Source: Acidobacteriota bacterium (GTDB lineage: Bacteria; Acidobacteriota; UBA890; WLXD01). From it: a DNA stretch of 64,000 nt. A program made the position numbers and the translations under genes. The notes below the pieces were generated by a model. That model was not told the origin of the DNA. It did no database searches and saw nothing but the letters and a program-made list of their open reading frames with translations. Location: the NCBI GenBank assembly GCA_963666055.2, contig CAXWPH010000015.1, positions 992,001 to 1,056,000 on the forward strand. Direction: 5' to 3'. This document shows positions 39,191 to 50,398 of the stretch, in pieces. Every line of letters starts with the position of its first letter. Position 1 is the stretch's first letter.

Positions 39191-39454
39191 CTCGTTGCCC
39201 CGCGCCTGATCACGGCCGCAGCAACGCCCGCCTCGGTCCAAGGCTTCGACCGGCCGATCGGCGTGGCGATACCTGTGCGTTCCTGCATGCGACCGAGCGT
39301 AGCGACGATCGAGCGGCGGTACAACGCAACCGAGCGACGGAGGCGAGGTGGACGCCACGCGCGTCAAGCGCCCCTAGTACCCGCCTCGAACCACCCGCTA
39401 CTCACCACCGCCAATCGGCATTGCAACCGGTCAATCCCCTTTGGGGCTACTTTG

Positions 39455-39644
39455 TCAGAGGGGGACTTCCTGGGCGGTTTGAACGGATACGCCAACGGTG
39501 CCTCGGACTTCGACGTGACCGGGGGACGGGCAGCGTTTCGTGATGCTGGAAGCCGCCACCCAATCGCTGAGCGGCGTCGGGACCGTGACGCTGGTCCTCA
39601 ACTGGTTCGACGAGCTGAAGCGGCTCGTGCCGACGGACCCGTAG
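39455..39644 (+). pseudogene. Kinase-PD40 3'-tail remnant (DFDVT/GDGQRFVML...VTLVLNWFDELKRLVPTDP*)
   Basis: Frameshifted at a G run near 39521; no start codon or gene body. Confidence 0.8.
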
Positions 39645-39846
39645 CGGCGTCCAGCCGAGTCTCGGGAGCCCGCGCCATCAACGCGCCTACCTGTCCGCCA
39701 GTTTCCCCCTTGACATTCCTCGAACACGAGATGCCGGGGGCGGTACCGGGCCGGATCGACCTGCTCGTGCGTTAGGGAGACCCACTCCCGAACTCCGGGG
39801 ATAGGTGCGGCTCGTCGGTGAGGGGCTCACAGGGTCGTAGCGGGCG
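39621..39846 (+). repeat. ~225-bp non-coding duplication (second copy 52223-52448)
   Basis: Shared blocks GCCGAGTCTCGGGAGCCCGCGCCATCAACGCGC...GTACCGGGCCGGATCGA...GGCTCGTCGGTGAGGGG.TCACAGGGTCGTAGCGGGCG. Confidence 0.9.
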
Positions 39847-40097
39847 TGTCGGAGGCCGCATGATGGGGTAGAGGGTCAGGGCCCGGCGTCGCCAGTGTCG
39901 CCGTCGCCGCCTATATCCGTGGATGACGACCATGATGATGCTGACAATGGATCAGGCACCCCGTAGCCCTGGTATGCGCGGCAAGAGGCTGCGATTCGTC
40001 GGCAACCTTGAGCAGCCGCCGCCGCCCTGGCCAGCCGCCAGCGGGGGCGCCGCCGCCGTTACAATCCACATAGAGTTTGCGGTTCAGTTCGACGACG

Positions 40098-40173
40098 CTT
40101 ATCCGCGATCCGTTTCAGCCTGCCCACCTCCACAACCTCGGTCGCATCGCGGATAAGATCCAATTCGTTGGCC
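40098..40173 (+). other. Partial attC-like site
   Basis: 12-bp inverted repeat CTTATCCGCGAT/ATCGCGGATAAG, then ATCCAATTC-GTTGGCC (R'-like) just before the cupin gene. Confidence 0.6.
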
Positions 40174-40194
40174 GGCGTGGGTCGTAGCTGGGAG

Positions 40195-40872
40195 ATGGTT
40201 GTGCGGCACTTGTCATGGGGCATTGCGATTGTCGTCGCTCTCTTCGTTGTGGTCGGACCGCTCTTGGATCGCGTCGTATTCCCTGAGCTCGAACCTGGAT
40301 TGGAGTTCATTCCAGAGGTCGGCCAAGTCTTCCACAGCGAGTCCGAAGGGTTCACGCAACGGATCATTCGGCGCGAGCCGGGCCTAATCTGGTCAGAATT
40401 GACCCTTCATCCACATGCGCCCGGCCCCCCTCCCCATGTCCATACGACTTTCTCCGAGCGTTTCCGTGTGAAGCGCGGGACCGTGACTGTGCTCGTTGGG
40501 GATGAAGTCATGCAGCTTCATGCGGGCGAAGAGTTCCTCGTTGCGCCTGGAGTCGCCCATCAGCCGTTCAACGAGACGGACCAGATAGCTGTTGTGTCGG
40601 GGCCACTCACACCGGAGTACGCGCTGCCGGAGCGTTTCGGAATCTTCCTTTCACAGGCTTACGGCTTCTTCGATGCCGCACCGGAGAACCGCGTGCCTCC
40701 TCGCGCGCTCCTGCAAATGTCCCGGTTCAGCCCAGCATACGACTCTTGGTTGGGAGGGCCTCCTGTAGCGCTGCAAAGGGCGGCCTACTGGGTCCTTGGT
40801 CCCATCGCGAGGCTGCTCGGTTATCGTGCCTACTACTCGGAGTACGCTCCCGCCCGGGTAGCAGTTGAGTAG
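40195..40872 (+). CDS. Cupin-domain protein with N-terminal TM helix; probable integron gene cassette
   Basis: GPPPHVH...ERF and PGVAHQP cupin motifs; GCCTAAC (R'') at 40880-40886 just after the stop. Confidence 0.8.
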   Translation: MVVRHLSWGIAIVVALFVVVGPLLDRVVFPELEPGLEFIPEVGQVFHSESEGFTQRIIRREPGLIWSELTLHPHAPGPPPHVHTTFSERFRVKRGTVTVLVGDEVMQLHAGEEFLVAPGVAHQPFNETDQIAVVSGPLTPEYALPERFGIFLSQAYGFFDAAPENRVPPRALLQMSRFSPAYDSWLGGPPVALQRAAYWVLGPIARLLGYRAYYSEYAPARVAVE

Positions 40873-41081
40873 GCACGCCGCCTAACACCTATAGGGTCCC
40901 CAGGTAGCGTGTCGGAGGCCGCATCGTGGGGTAGAGGTGGGGGCGCGTGTCGTCATGAGCGTCGCCGGTGTCGCCGTCGCCGGCCGCGTGGCGCGGCGGC
41001 ATCGTCCCAGCCAGGCACCGGCGCTAGCCGCGAGTCCTGCAGCCAAGACACCTGGGCGCGCGGCGTCAAATTGGTTCCACG

Positions 41082-41167
41082 CAGTAACTTACGTCGACTG
41101 AGGCGTTGCCTGGACTGCTGGATTCCGCAAGGATACCGTCGAAGCGATTGCAGTCGAATACTTAGGC
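41082..41167 (+). other. attC-like site (degenerate)
   Basis: CAGTAACTTACGTCGACTG...CAGTCGAATAC-TTAGGC; the 3' half recurs at 54378-54432 with intact AA-GTTAGGC. Confidence 0.6.
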
Positions 41168-41273
41168 AGGCGGATGAATCCGTGACGGTAGACCTAGAGA
41201 TCTTCGTTCAGAAGCCGTACCGCGACTCGCCTGAATGGCGCCAGGTCGCGCGTGTTGCGGATCGCCTGCACAT

Positions 41274-42645
41274 TGGGCCTCCCCCGATTTCCCGGACACC
41301 TTTGGAAGCCCGATAATGGGCTCGGAGGTGAAGAATGGGGTCACGACGGCGGTACAGTCGCGAGTTCAAGATTGAGGCTGTGAGGATGGTGACGCAGCTG
41401 GGCCATCCGGTGTCTGAGGTGGCGCGGGATCTGGGCGTTGGCCGCGGCATGTTGACCAAGTGGCGCAAACAACTCCAGGAGCAGGGGGTCACGGCGTTTC
41501 CGGGAGTGGGGAAGATGCCCGACCAGGACCTGGACGGGCAACAGCTACGGCGGGACCTGCGGCGAGTACGGCAGGAGCGCGACATTCTAAAAAAAGCGTT
41601 GGCGATCTTCTCGGAACGCCCGCGATGAGGTATCCGATCATCAAGCAACTGTCCGGCGAGTTTCCGGTGCGGCGGTTGTGCAAGATGCTCGAGGTGTCTC
41701 ACGGCGGTTACTACGAGTGGCGAGGATGGGCACCGAGTCCGAGAGCGCGAGAAGATCGCCGTCTACGTGTGCAGATCCGAGCTACGTTCCGGGAGAGTCG
41801 CGACCGGTACGGAAGTCCGCGTGTCCACAAGCAGCTTCGGCAACGAGGCATACGCTGCTCTCGCAAGCGGGTAGCTCGGCTGATGCGTCAGGAAGGACTT
41901 CGAGCCCGCCAACCTCGTCGGTTCCGAGTAACCACACGATCCACGCCTGGGCGGCCGGCGGCGCCTAACCTGCTGGATCGACGCTTCACAGTGGACGCCG
42001 TCGATACCGTCTGGGTGGGCGACCTGACCTACCTGTGGACCCAGCAGGGGGGCTATACCTGGCCGTGCTGATGGATCTGTGCTCGCGACGGATCATCGGC
42101 TGGTCGGTGAGCGAGACGATGACGGACGATCTGACGCTGGCGGTCCTGGATCAGGCCTTGGAGCAACGTCGTCCCGGTTCTGGAGTGGTGCATCACTCTG
42201 ACCGCGGCAGCCAGTACGGCAGCAACGATTACCTAGACAAGCTCCGTGAACGCGGCTTCACCATCAGCATGAGCAGGAAAGGAGACTGTTGGGATAACGC
42301 ACCGATGGAGAGTTTCTTCTCTACCCTGAAGTTCGAACTCGGTGGCTGCTTCAGTTCCCGTGCGGCGGCCCGAGCCGAGTTGTTCGACTACATCGAAGTG
42401 TTCTACAACCGGGCTCGCATGCACACCTCGATCGGAGACCAGAGTCCGGCTCAGTTCGAGGCGGCAACACGGCGGCCAGACCAGAGCCGCCAGTCAGCTG
42501 TGGAAGCTGACGCGCCCGTGGAAATCGATTCCCGATTCCCACCGTCGCTTGGACAACGCTCCGCGTTGCCAACAGCTCCCACAGCCGCTACTACGACTAC
42601 GACAATGGATCTTAACTAAGTGTCCGGGAAAGCGGGGCAAGGTCG
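41274..42645 (+). mobile_element. IS3-family element with frameshifted orfB
   Basis: orfA 41335-41628 (YSREFKIEAV HTH); A7 slippery run near 41589; orfB WVGDLTY / LYLAVLMD / HHSDRGSQY / CWDNAPMESFF broken near 42048. 26-bp imperfect IRs (20/26) ending TTTCCCGGACAC; no TSD. Confidence 0.92.
42497..42585 (+). ncRNA. Multi-stem structured element inside the IS3 3' end
   Basis: Outer stem GCTGTGGAAGCTG/CAGCTCCCACAGC enclosing hairpins GTGGAAATCG-N5-CGATTCCCAC and TTGGACAACGC-TCC-GCGTTGCCAA. Confidence 0.5.
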
Positions 42646-42693
42646 CGGACGGTCCGCTATGCGGCGCGCAGCTGAAGCGCCGAGGCGTTGTGC
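42646..42693 (+). other. 3' half of attC-like site abutting the IS3 right end
   Basis: CGCAGCTGAAGCGCCGAGGC-GTTGTGC followed about 20 nt later by ATG. Confidence 0.6.
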
Positions 42694-42714
42694 GGACGGG
42701 CCAACGACGGAAGC

Positions 42715-43203
42715 ATGATGACGGAGCAAGAAGAACGCTACGTGCACCTCTTCCAGAGCGTAGAGGATCTGAATGGGGCATGGCGTGTGCTCCGCGAGCT
42801 CAAGGACTCTGGAGCAACGGGCGAACTTGCGCAGGCGGCCTTCCGATACGCGCTGGTCGAGTACGCGAAGCCCTATAAACGGTCGCGGGGCACAGCTAAG
42901 GAATGGCATTCCCTTGGCGATGACTGCGTGCCGTCACAGCACGTCGACCTGCACGATGACCTAATCCGTGCACGCGACAAGATCCACGCTCACAGTGACC
43001 TGACTGTTCGCGAAGCCCGGTTGCGTGTGCGCGAGACAAGCGAGGGCAAAATCGTCACGCAGGTGAGGAACGGGGTCGACGTCATGGAAGAGTATCGAAG
43101 ACTCGATTCCATCATCGATCTAGTCGAGCTGACGATCGAGGGTCTCCATGCCAAGCTGAAGCGATTGGGGGCAACGCGGGTCAGTAATACTGTTCGGCGT
43201 TGA
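42715..43203 (+). CDS. Hypothetical helical protein with HEPN-like RxxxxxH motif; native 3' end probably lost
   Basis: LIRARDKIHAHSD; last codons read into the antisense kinase sequence. Confidence 0.6.
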   Translation: MMTEQEERYVHLFQSVEDLNGAWRVLRELKDSGATGELAQAAFRYALVEYAKPYKRSRGTAKEWHSLGDDCVPSQHVDLHDDLIRARDKIHAHSDLTVREARLRVRETSEGKIVTQVRNGVDVMEEYRRLDSIIDLVELTIEGLHAKLKRLGATRVSNTVRR

Positions 43204-44117
43204 TCGTCGGAAGCTCCGCCCGTGGCATCTTGCGCAGAGCGTGCGGTGCCCGACTCCACCTCCAGCGCCAATGCTTTCAGATCCACTACCAGGTCACCGG
43301 CACCCTGGTAGCGCCCAGTGGCCTCCTTCGCCAGGCACTTGTCGAGGATCCACTGCAACTTCAGCGGCAGCCCGTCGGCTACTGGCTCGGGGTCGCTGTT
43401 GACCAGACGATGCAGAACTTCAGCAACGTTCCTGCCGCCGAAGGCTCGCGTCCCCGTCGCCATCTCCTGCAGCACGCAGCCGAAGGCGAACAGGTCGGCG
43501 CGATGGTCGATCTCTCCCCCCTCTACCTGCTCCGGTGCCATATACCCAGCTGTACCCATCACCTGTCCGGCCACCGTGCCCATCATCGTGGGTGACTGCG
43601 TTGCACCGCCCGGTGATCCCGCCACTGCCACCTCGGTCAGCTTCGCCAGGCCGAAGTCCAACACCTTCGCGTGGCCTTCCTTAGTGACGAAGATGTTCTC
43701 CGGCTTCAGATCCCGGTGGATGATGCCGGCGGCGTGAGCCGCTGCCAGCGCCTCGGCGATCTCGGTGGCTAATCCGAGTGCCTTCTTGAGCGGCAGCGCA
43801 CCCTTGCCCAGCGGTTCGCGGAGCGTCTCCCCCTCCAGGTACTCCTGCACCATGAAGCGAGTGTCGTCTTCGGTGCCGACATCGAAGACCGAGGCGATGT
43901 GCGGATGATTCAGGGCTGCTGCGGCACGGGCTTCCTGCTCGAAGCGGGCCAGGCGCTCGGGATCAGAGGCAAACTCGGCGGGCAGCACCTTGATGGCCAC
44001 CTTGCGGCCCAGGCGGGTGTCCTGGGCCAGCCACACCTCGCCCATTCCGCCTGCTCCGAGCGGCTCGAGGATCTCGAAATGGCCTAGTTTGGTTCCGGGT
44101 TCCATCGTGGGAGCCAT
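43179..44117 (-). pseudogene. Ser/Thr kinase N-terminal part, cut at the TM helix
   Basis: GAGGMGEV, VAIKVL, HRDLKPEN, DFGLAK, GYMAPEQ; stops resembling a protein after RRTVLLT. Confidence 0.88.
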
Positions 44118-44119
44118 GG

Positions 44120-45999
44120 CTAAGGTTCAGCGCCGTCGTTGACGCTTCCAGAGCGAGTCCCAGGCGCTTCCCGGACACGCTCGCCGAAATCGTCGAACCG
44201 ACCATCGATGATCAGGCAAACGAAGAACGCTGCACGGCCTGGGCGACAATGCCTCTCCAGCAGCTGATGTGCGCGGTCCCAATCGCCGAGTCCCGCCGCC
44301 GCAAATACGTTTGTCAAACTGCTGACGTATTCCGTTTTCGATAGCCCCTCGAGCTCGCGAGTCAGCTCCTGCACTCGCCCGAGCTCGCCAGCGCGACCCA
44401 GGACGTAGGCCGCGAAGGCAAGCTGGATCGGTGCACGATTGCTGATCTCGACGGCGCGCTCGATGTGAGATATGCCATCGGCAGCACATCCCAGCTCCGC
44501 AAGCGCCATAGCGCGGAGATAGTGGCAGGCGTACGAGTCAGCATCGAACTCGAGACCGCGGGCCGCCAGATCCGCAGCCCCCGAATGATCGCTGGCAAGC
44601 ATCAGGGTCGACGCGCCCACACCGTGCAGATAAGCAGAAAACGGCTCTTTCAGCAGCGACGCCTCGATCTGCTCTCTTGCCTCGTCGACTCGGCCGCGGA
44701 CCGCGAGCACCGCTGCCAGGTAAGCGTTCGGGATTCCATGGGACAGATTCGCCAGGGCATAACGCAGGCTTGCCTCCGAGGCGTCAAACTCCCAGTCGAT
44801 CCACTGCACGATTCCCATGCTGAACTTTGCCTCGGGAAGCGCGGGAGCGATCTGCAAAGCTCGCTCTGCATGCTTGCGTGCCTGCCGCATCGCCGAGTCG
44901 TTGGGTCGTAGTAGGTGCAGAGCGAACGCCCAGTGAGCCTCGGCCAGCCCAACATGGGCCAGTGCGTAATCCGCATCGATCGAGATCGCTTTCTCGAAAC
45001 ACTCGAGCGCCTTGAACAGTCCGTCTCTGTGGCGCTGGTACAGACTAAATTTGCCCTTCAGATACAGGTCGTATGCTTCGCGATTGACCGTCCTGTCGTG
45101 AACGATCGACTCGCCAGAGGGCATCGACAGTTGCACATCGAGCTGCGCGGCGATCGCCCGCGCTGTCTCGTCCTGGATGGCGAAGACGTCGTCGAGCTCC
45201 CGGTCGTAGCGTTCCGCCCACAGCTGGTGTCCTCCAGCCACGTTGACCAGCTCCGTTGTAATGCGGACGCGGTTGCCCATGCGCCGCACGCTGCCCTCGA
45301 GCACGGTCGAGACCCGCAGCTCCTCACCGATGCGCCCGACATCGTAGGGACTACCTTTGTAGCGGAACGATGAGCTGCGCGGCGCCACCCGCAGACCGTC
45401 GATGCGGCTGAGCGCAATGATGAGGTCGTCCGCCATGCCGTCGCAGAAGTACTCCTGCTCCGGGTCGGCGCTCATGTTGATGAAGGGCAGCACGGCAATC
45501 GACCGATCCGCGGCCGTGCCAGAGACAGCCTGCCGCGCTTGTGAAGCTGTCTGCGTGGCGGTAGCTGTCACTGCGTGCTCACCGGAGTCGATCTCCCGAT
45601 GTAACCCCACCAGCTCGTTGAGCACATCGCGAGCCGTCTGGTATCGGTGCAACGGGTCCTTCTGTAGGCAGTGCTGGATGATCCTGCCCAGATGGCGGGG
45701 AAGCTGGCGGTTGCGCTCGGTCACCGGTGGCGGCGTATCTCGCAAGATGGCCGAGCTGGTTGCCGCTGCGCTGCCGCCCCGGAAAGGCTGCTCGCCGGTG
45801 GCCATCTCGTAGAGCACGACGCCCAACGAGAAGATGTCGGTGCGGTGATCGATGACCCGGCCCTCCAGCTGCTCCGGCGACATGTAGGGGACCGTGCCCA
45901 CCATCACTCCCTCATCGGTGAGGGCGCGAGTCGGCATCTGAGTCAGCTACTGGGCATCGTCCGGCTCGAGCAGCTTCGCCAATCCGAAGTCCAACACCC
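44120..45999 (-). pseudogene. 5'-truncated Ser/Thr kinase with TolB-like and TPR domains
   Basis: Begins at VLDFGLAK, in-frame TAG near 45949, then GTVPYMSPEQ, SIAVLPFINMSADPEQEYFCDG and TPR repeats. N-lobe missing. Confidence 0.85.
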
Positions 46000-47781
46000 G
46001 CCGCGGCTCTCGGCGGGCTCGCCGGGCGTTGGCTGGTGCCGTCCGGCAGCGGCACCGTAGCGGGAGCACCGGTTGCTCGCCTTGAACTCGTCCTACCAGC
46101 GGAGGAAACCGTCAGCCTCTTTTACGACCGCGCGGTGGCGATATCGGCGGACGGCACCGTCGTGGTGATCACCGTGGATCGGCAGAACCCGTCGGCTCTC
46201 GGAGAGGAAAGCAACGAGGATCTGCGGTTGTTTCGTCGCGATCTGCGCGACCTAGAGGCAGTGCCCATCCCCGGCAGCGAGGGCGGCCACACTCCAGTCT
46301 TGGCCCCCGACGGCAGCGCGGTGGTCTTCGCACGCCAGGGACAGCTGTTGAAGTTGCCGATTGATGGCGGCATTCCGATTCTGATCTGTGAGCTCACGGG
46401 AGAGTTGTTTGGTCTGGACTGGAGCGTCGCCGACACGATCGTTTTCGCCACCTCGCAGGGATCGATCTGGCGGGTGAATGCGCGCGGCGGCGAACCGGAG
46501 GAGATCGTCCACCTCGACGAGGGTCAGCGGGCACGCGCCCCGCAGCAGCTCGGCGACGGCAACGCGATTCTCTATTCGGTGCGCCCCGAAGGAGCGGTGT
46601 GGGACGAAAGTCGAGTGATGATCGCGCACCTTGACGAGCAACGCACCGAAGTCCTGTTCACCGGCGGGGTGGACGCACGGGGTCTGCCGTCCGGCCACAT
46701 CGTCTACGCGCAGGGAGAACGGCTCTGGGTGCGCACTTTTGACTGGAATAGGCTGGTTGCCGGCGACGAAGCGACGCCGACAGGAGACCTGATCGCGCGC
46801 GACCTGTACCGCAACTACGGTTTCGGCAACGGCGAGGCGCACTTCGCCGTATCGCACACCGGCACGCTGACGCATGTGAGGCGCGCCGTCGATCCGTTTG
46901 GCGAGCACATCCTGTCTTGGCGAGATGGAATCACTGCGACGATGCTCGCGGCCGGTCCTGGAATCGACGAGCCACGAATCTCTCCTGACGGAGCCAGCGT
47001 CGTAGCCGAGGTCGAAACGGAGGACGGCTTCCAGGTGCACATTTGTGACGCCCGGCGCTGTGATTGGACGGTGCTCGACGACAACGGCGCCGACCCCGTG
47101 TGGTCGGCGGATGGTCGGTGGGTCTACTACTCCGTGAATTGGGGCATCCCGGACCGCACCGCGGGGTTGTACCGGCGTCGCGCGGATTTCGGCGATGAGC
47201 CGGAGCTCCTTCTTGCAGCTGTCGAGCACTTGCCCACCCCCGAGTCGGTGGCGGCAGATGGATCGGTGGCGCTTACGACGCTGGGGGACGACGACGCTGC
47301 CAAGCAGATTTGGTTGCTACCGCCCGGCAGTAGCGAGCCACGTCTGTTGTTAGAAGAGCCAGCCATGGTGGTCCAGCTACATCCCAGCGGCGGCTGGTTC
47401 GCGCACGTGACGCCGCCCCAGGAGGGCCTCTACGTGCGCGAGCTCTCGGAGACTGGAGAGGCAGGGCGCCGGATCACCGTAGATACGTTTGGCTACGAGC
47501 CACTGTGGTCGGCCGACGGCGCTACGCTCTACTATCGCCGCGGTGCGCAGCTCATGGCCGCGCCCTTCCGCGACGGAGCGCTCGGCGAGCCTCGCGAGGT
47601 GCTGGACAGCTTCCGTCCCGCAGGCATCACCAACGATCGCAGTAACTACGACGTTGCTGCCGACGGACGCGTTCTCGTTCCCGGCGTTGCCGGCGGAAAC
47701 AGCGCTGCTGCGGCGTCGGTAGTCGTCGTCCTCAACTGGTTCGAGGAGCTGAAGCGGCTCGTGCCGACGGACGGCTCCTGA
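46000..47781 (+). pseudogene. PD40/TolB beta-propeller C-terminal part of a kinase, lacking its kinase domain
   Basis: Half-TM AAALGGLAGRWL, repeats AISADG, PRISPDG, PVWSADG, PLWSADG, tail VVLNWFEELKRLVPTDGS. Confidence 0.85.
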
Positions 47782-48025
47782 TGATCGGCAAGACGCTCGG
47801 CCACTACGAGATCCTCGCCCCGCTCGGTGAAGGCGGGATAGGTCAGGTGTATCGAGCACGCGACACGACGCTGGATCGTGATGTCGCCATCAAGGTGCTG
47901 CCGGAGGACTTCGCCAGCGACGCCAATCGGCTGGCTCGGTTCGATGTGGAGGCCAAAGCTGTCGCCGGCATCAACCATCCGAACATCGTCACCATCCACT
48001 CCATCGAGGAGATGGGCGAGCGTCG
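47781..48025 (+). pseudogene. Ser/Thr kinase N-lobe remnant interrupted by IS6 fragment
   Basis: MIGKTLGHYEILAPLGEGG.GQVYRARD...VAIKVL...HPNIVTIHSIEE, then IS6 sequence. Confidence 0.85.
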
Positions 48026-48028
48026 CTT

Positions 48029-48377
48029 GAAGCTCGGAAGCTATGGGGCCGACACAGGGGTGTGATGCCCTCGGTGGAGCATGTCACCGCGCGCTACGCG
48101 AACAACCGAGCTGAGGTCTCACATCAGCCGACCCGACAGCGGGAACGGCAGATGCGGCGGTTCAAGTCAGCAGGACAGGCTCAACGTTTCTTGCCGTGCG
48201 GGGTTTGGTCCTCAACTTCTTCCGACTTGGACGGCACCGCTCGCGAGCCGCAAACTACCGGCTGCTGCGCGCCCGATCCATGATGGCCTGGCAGGGAGCC
48301 ACCGCTTCCTGAGAAGCTATCTCTCTGGATGCAGGACTCAGCGGGCGGAAGGCTCGGGCGGTTAAGTTGACAGTGCC
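48029..48377 (+). mobile_element. IS6-family transposase 3' remnant with right IR
   Basis: KLGSYGA, YANNRAEVSHQPTRQRERQMRRFKS.GQAQRFL; ends AAGTTGACAGTGCC. Confidence 0.85.
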
Positions 48378-48385
48378 CCCTAGTC

Positions 48386-50398
48386 CTACCGGGACGGCAT
48401 CTCGTCCGTAATGGAGGTTCTTCGCCGGTCGCGGCTTCGAACGAGGAGCTGCTCCCGGACCGCTCGATGCGCCTCGTCGATGGCTGCGTCCGTGTGCGAG
48501 GAGGCAGCGGCATCGGAGTTGGCGATAGAAATCCGACCGAATCGCCGCCTGCCGATGACGCACGGCCGATCGTCGGGGGCGAACAGCGCCCACTCGATCG
48601 GATCGTCCAGGGTGTTGTAGTGATAGGCAGGACCGTGCGGCCAGCGATTCACTGTGATCGCTTCGATGTCCCGGGCCGGGTCGAAACCCCCACTCTGTAG
48701 GGTTCGACCGAGCTGGTCGCGGATGTTGCGCTCGAAGGTTTCGAAGGTGGTGGCCAACAGATCCTCTCGCCCGATGCGATGCTGCTCCTTCTTCGGGTGT
48801 CCAGGAGCGCAAGGTGCCCTGGACATGTGCAGGATCATTGGGTCGTCAGGCGATTTGGAGGGTCGGTAGTCACCGAACTGCACGGAGCGGCCCAGGCTGA
48901 CCCCGCTGTGGTACATCCCCGGAGCGGTCACCCTTGAGATGCCCAGGTTCGTGAAGGCTGTCCAATTTCGGATGAGGACGTTAGTGTAGGCGAGGGGCAT
49001 CTTGACGCCATACTTGAGCGCCACCTTCTGCTCGTCGGACATCTCGGGGCACAGGTGCGGGATGACCCCGTTGTAGCACCCCATCACACAGTGATCCGCC
49101 CGTACCTTCTCGGCCTTGCCGCCGCGCACATACGTGATCTCGACCCCGCGGGCCGCGTCGGGATCGCCCAGGTGCCGGGCGGAGATCACCGTGCTGTTAA
49201 GACGAATTCGGGCATCGGAGCCCGCGCGGTCGATGCGGTCGTACGCCAGGCGCGAGGTCATCGAGTCTTCCTGCGAGGTGCCCGGAAGCGCGTCGGGAAT
49301 CATCGCACGAACCAGCAACCGGGCCACCGTCGCGTTGCCGTCGGGAAAATGGATGTTCGGTCCTGTGTTCCACTCGCTCTCACGACCGTGTTGTCCGCCC
49401 CCGATGTGGCTGAGGGGGCTCACGCGGGGGAAGGGCTCGAGGTTCATCCCCTGGAAGCCGGGATAGCCCAGGACCCATCCATAGAGCGCCGGATGGCCGT
49501 CGATGCCGACGCAGAACCTGCCCTTCGGGAGGTCATCGAAGAACGCGATCACATCGGGGTGAACCTTGGCGAGGTCGAGGAGGAAGTCCCGATAACTGAT
49601 CCGCGCCAGGCGCTCCTTCTTGTCGGCATCCGACAGTCCGGGCATATAGTCTGGGTTCGCACCGTCATCGTAGAGCCGCGCGATGTCCCGCCGCGCCTCC
49701 GGAGATAACGGGGTCTGTGCGAGCCAATCGGCCCATCCGCGACCCCCGGATTCCCCTCCGCGTCCCATCACCAGCCGATCCTCGCCGAATACCTCTTTGG
49801 CGAAGAACGTGGCGCTACCGAGTCCCAGCGATCCGTAGAACCCCCTACCCGCGGTGCTGGTGGCATTCGCACTTTCCACGTCGATGCCGATCGCTGCGAG
49901 GAGCGTCTGGGACACGGCGCTGTACTGGCCCACGGACTCGACCTCCGAGGTGCCGCCGTTGAGCATCAGCGTACGGCCTCGATAGGTCATCTCGTTGCGC
50001 GTGGCATGGCCACCGAAGTCATCGTGGTTGTCGAGGACCAGCACACGTGCGCCGGGACCAGCCGAGGTCAGGAAGAAATAGGCTGCCGAGAGCCCGCTCA
50101 GCCCCCCTCCGACCACCACCAGATCGTAGCTTTCACGCGTGTCGGCGACATCGGTCCATGTGTTCCCGTCGCGGAGCGCATGGGCGACCTCGAACGAACC
50201 GGGGTGACTTCCACGCATTCCAGTCAGGGCCGGTGGATAGTATTCCTGCGCCCGGGACCCATAGGGCGTGCCCTCGCGTGCTGACAGCCAGCCAGGTGCG
50301 ATCAGCGACCCCCCGACGGCAACCCCCACGCCGTTGATGAAGTCGCGCCGGCTGATATCCCGGTGCATCCCGAGATCACGATCCCCACTCCTGGACAT
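48386..50398 (-). CDS. Tat-exported FAD oxidoreductase, spermidine dehydrogenase (SpdH)-like
   Basis: ISRRDFING, YYPPALTGMRGSHPGSF, VVGGGLSG, LDNHDDFGGHA, ITVNRWPHG. Confidence 0.85.
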   Translation of the reverse strand: MSRSGDRDLGMHRDISRRDFINGVGVAVGGSLIAPGWLSAREGTPYGSRAQEYYPPALTGMRGSHPGSFEVAHALRDGNTWTDVADTRESYDLVVVGGGLSGLSAAYFFLTSAGPGARVLVLDNHDDFGGHATRNEMTYRGRTLMLNGGTSEVESVGQYSAVSQTLLAAIGIDVESANATSTAGRGFYGSLGLGSATFFAKEVFGEDRLVMGRGGESGGRGWADWLAQTPLSPEARRDIARLYDDGANPDYMPGLSDADKKERLARISYRDFLLDLAKVHPDVIAFFDDLPKGRFCVGIDGHPALYGWVLGYPGFQGMNLEPFPRVSPLSHIGGGQHGRESEWNTGPNIHFPDGNATVARLLVRAMIPDALPGTSQEDSMTSRLAYDRIDRAGSDARIRLNSTVISARHLGDPDAARGVEITYVRGGKAEKVRADHCVMGCYNGVIPHLCPEMSDEQKVALKYGVKMPLAYTNVLIRNWTAFTNLGISRVTAPGMYHSGVSLGRSVQFGDYRPSKSPDDPMILHMSRAPCAPGHPKKEQHRIGREDLLATTFETFERNIRDQLGRTLQSGGFDPARDIEAITVNRWPHGPAYHYNTLDDPIEWALFAPDDRPCVIGRRRFGRISIANSDAAASSHTDAAIDEAHRAVREQLLVRSRDRRRTSITDEMPSR

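Noticed and set aside
42990-43178. C-terminal tail of the 375-aa kinase ORF
   Set aside because: Antisense read-through of the HEPN-like gene past the inversion breakpoint.
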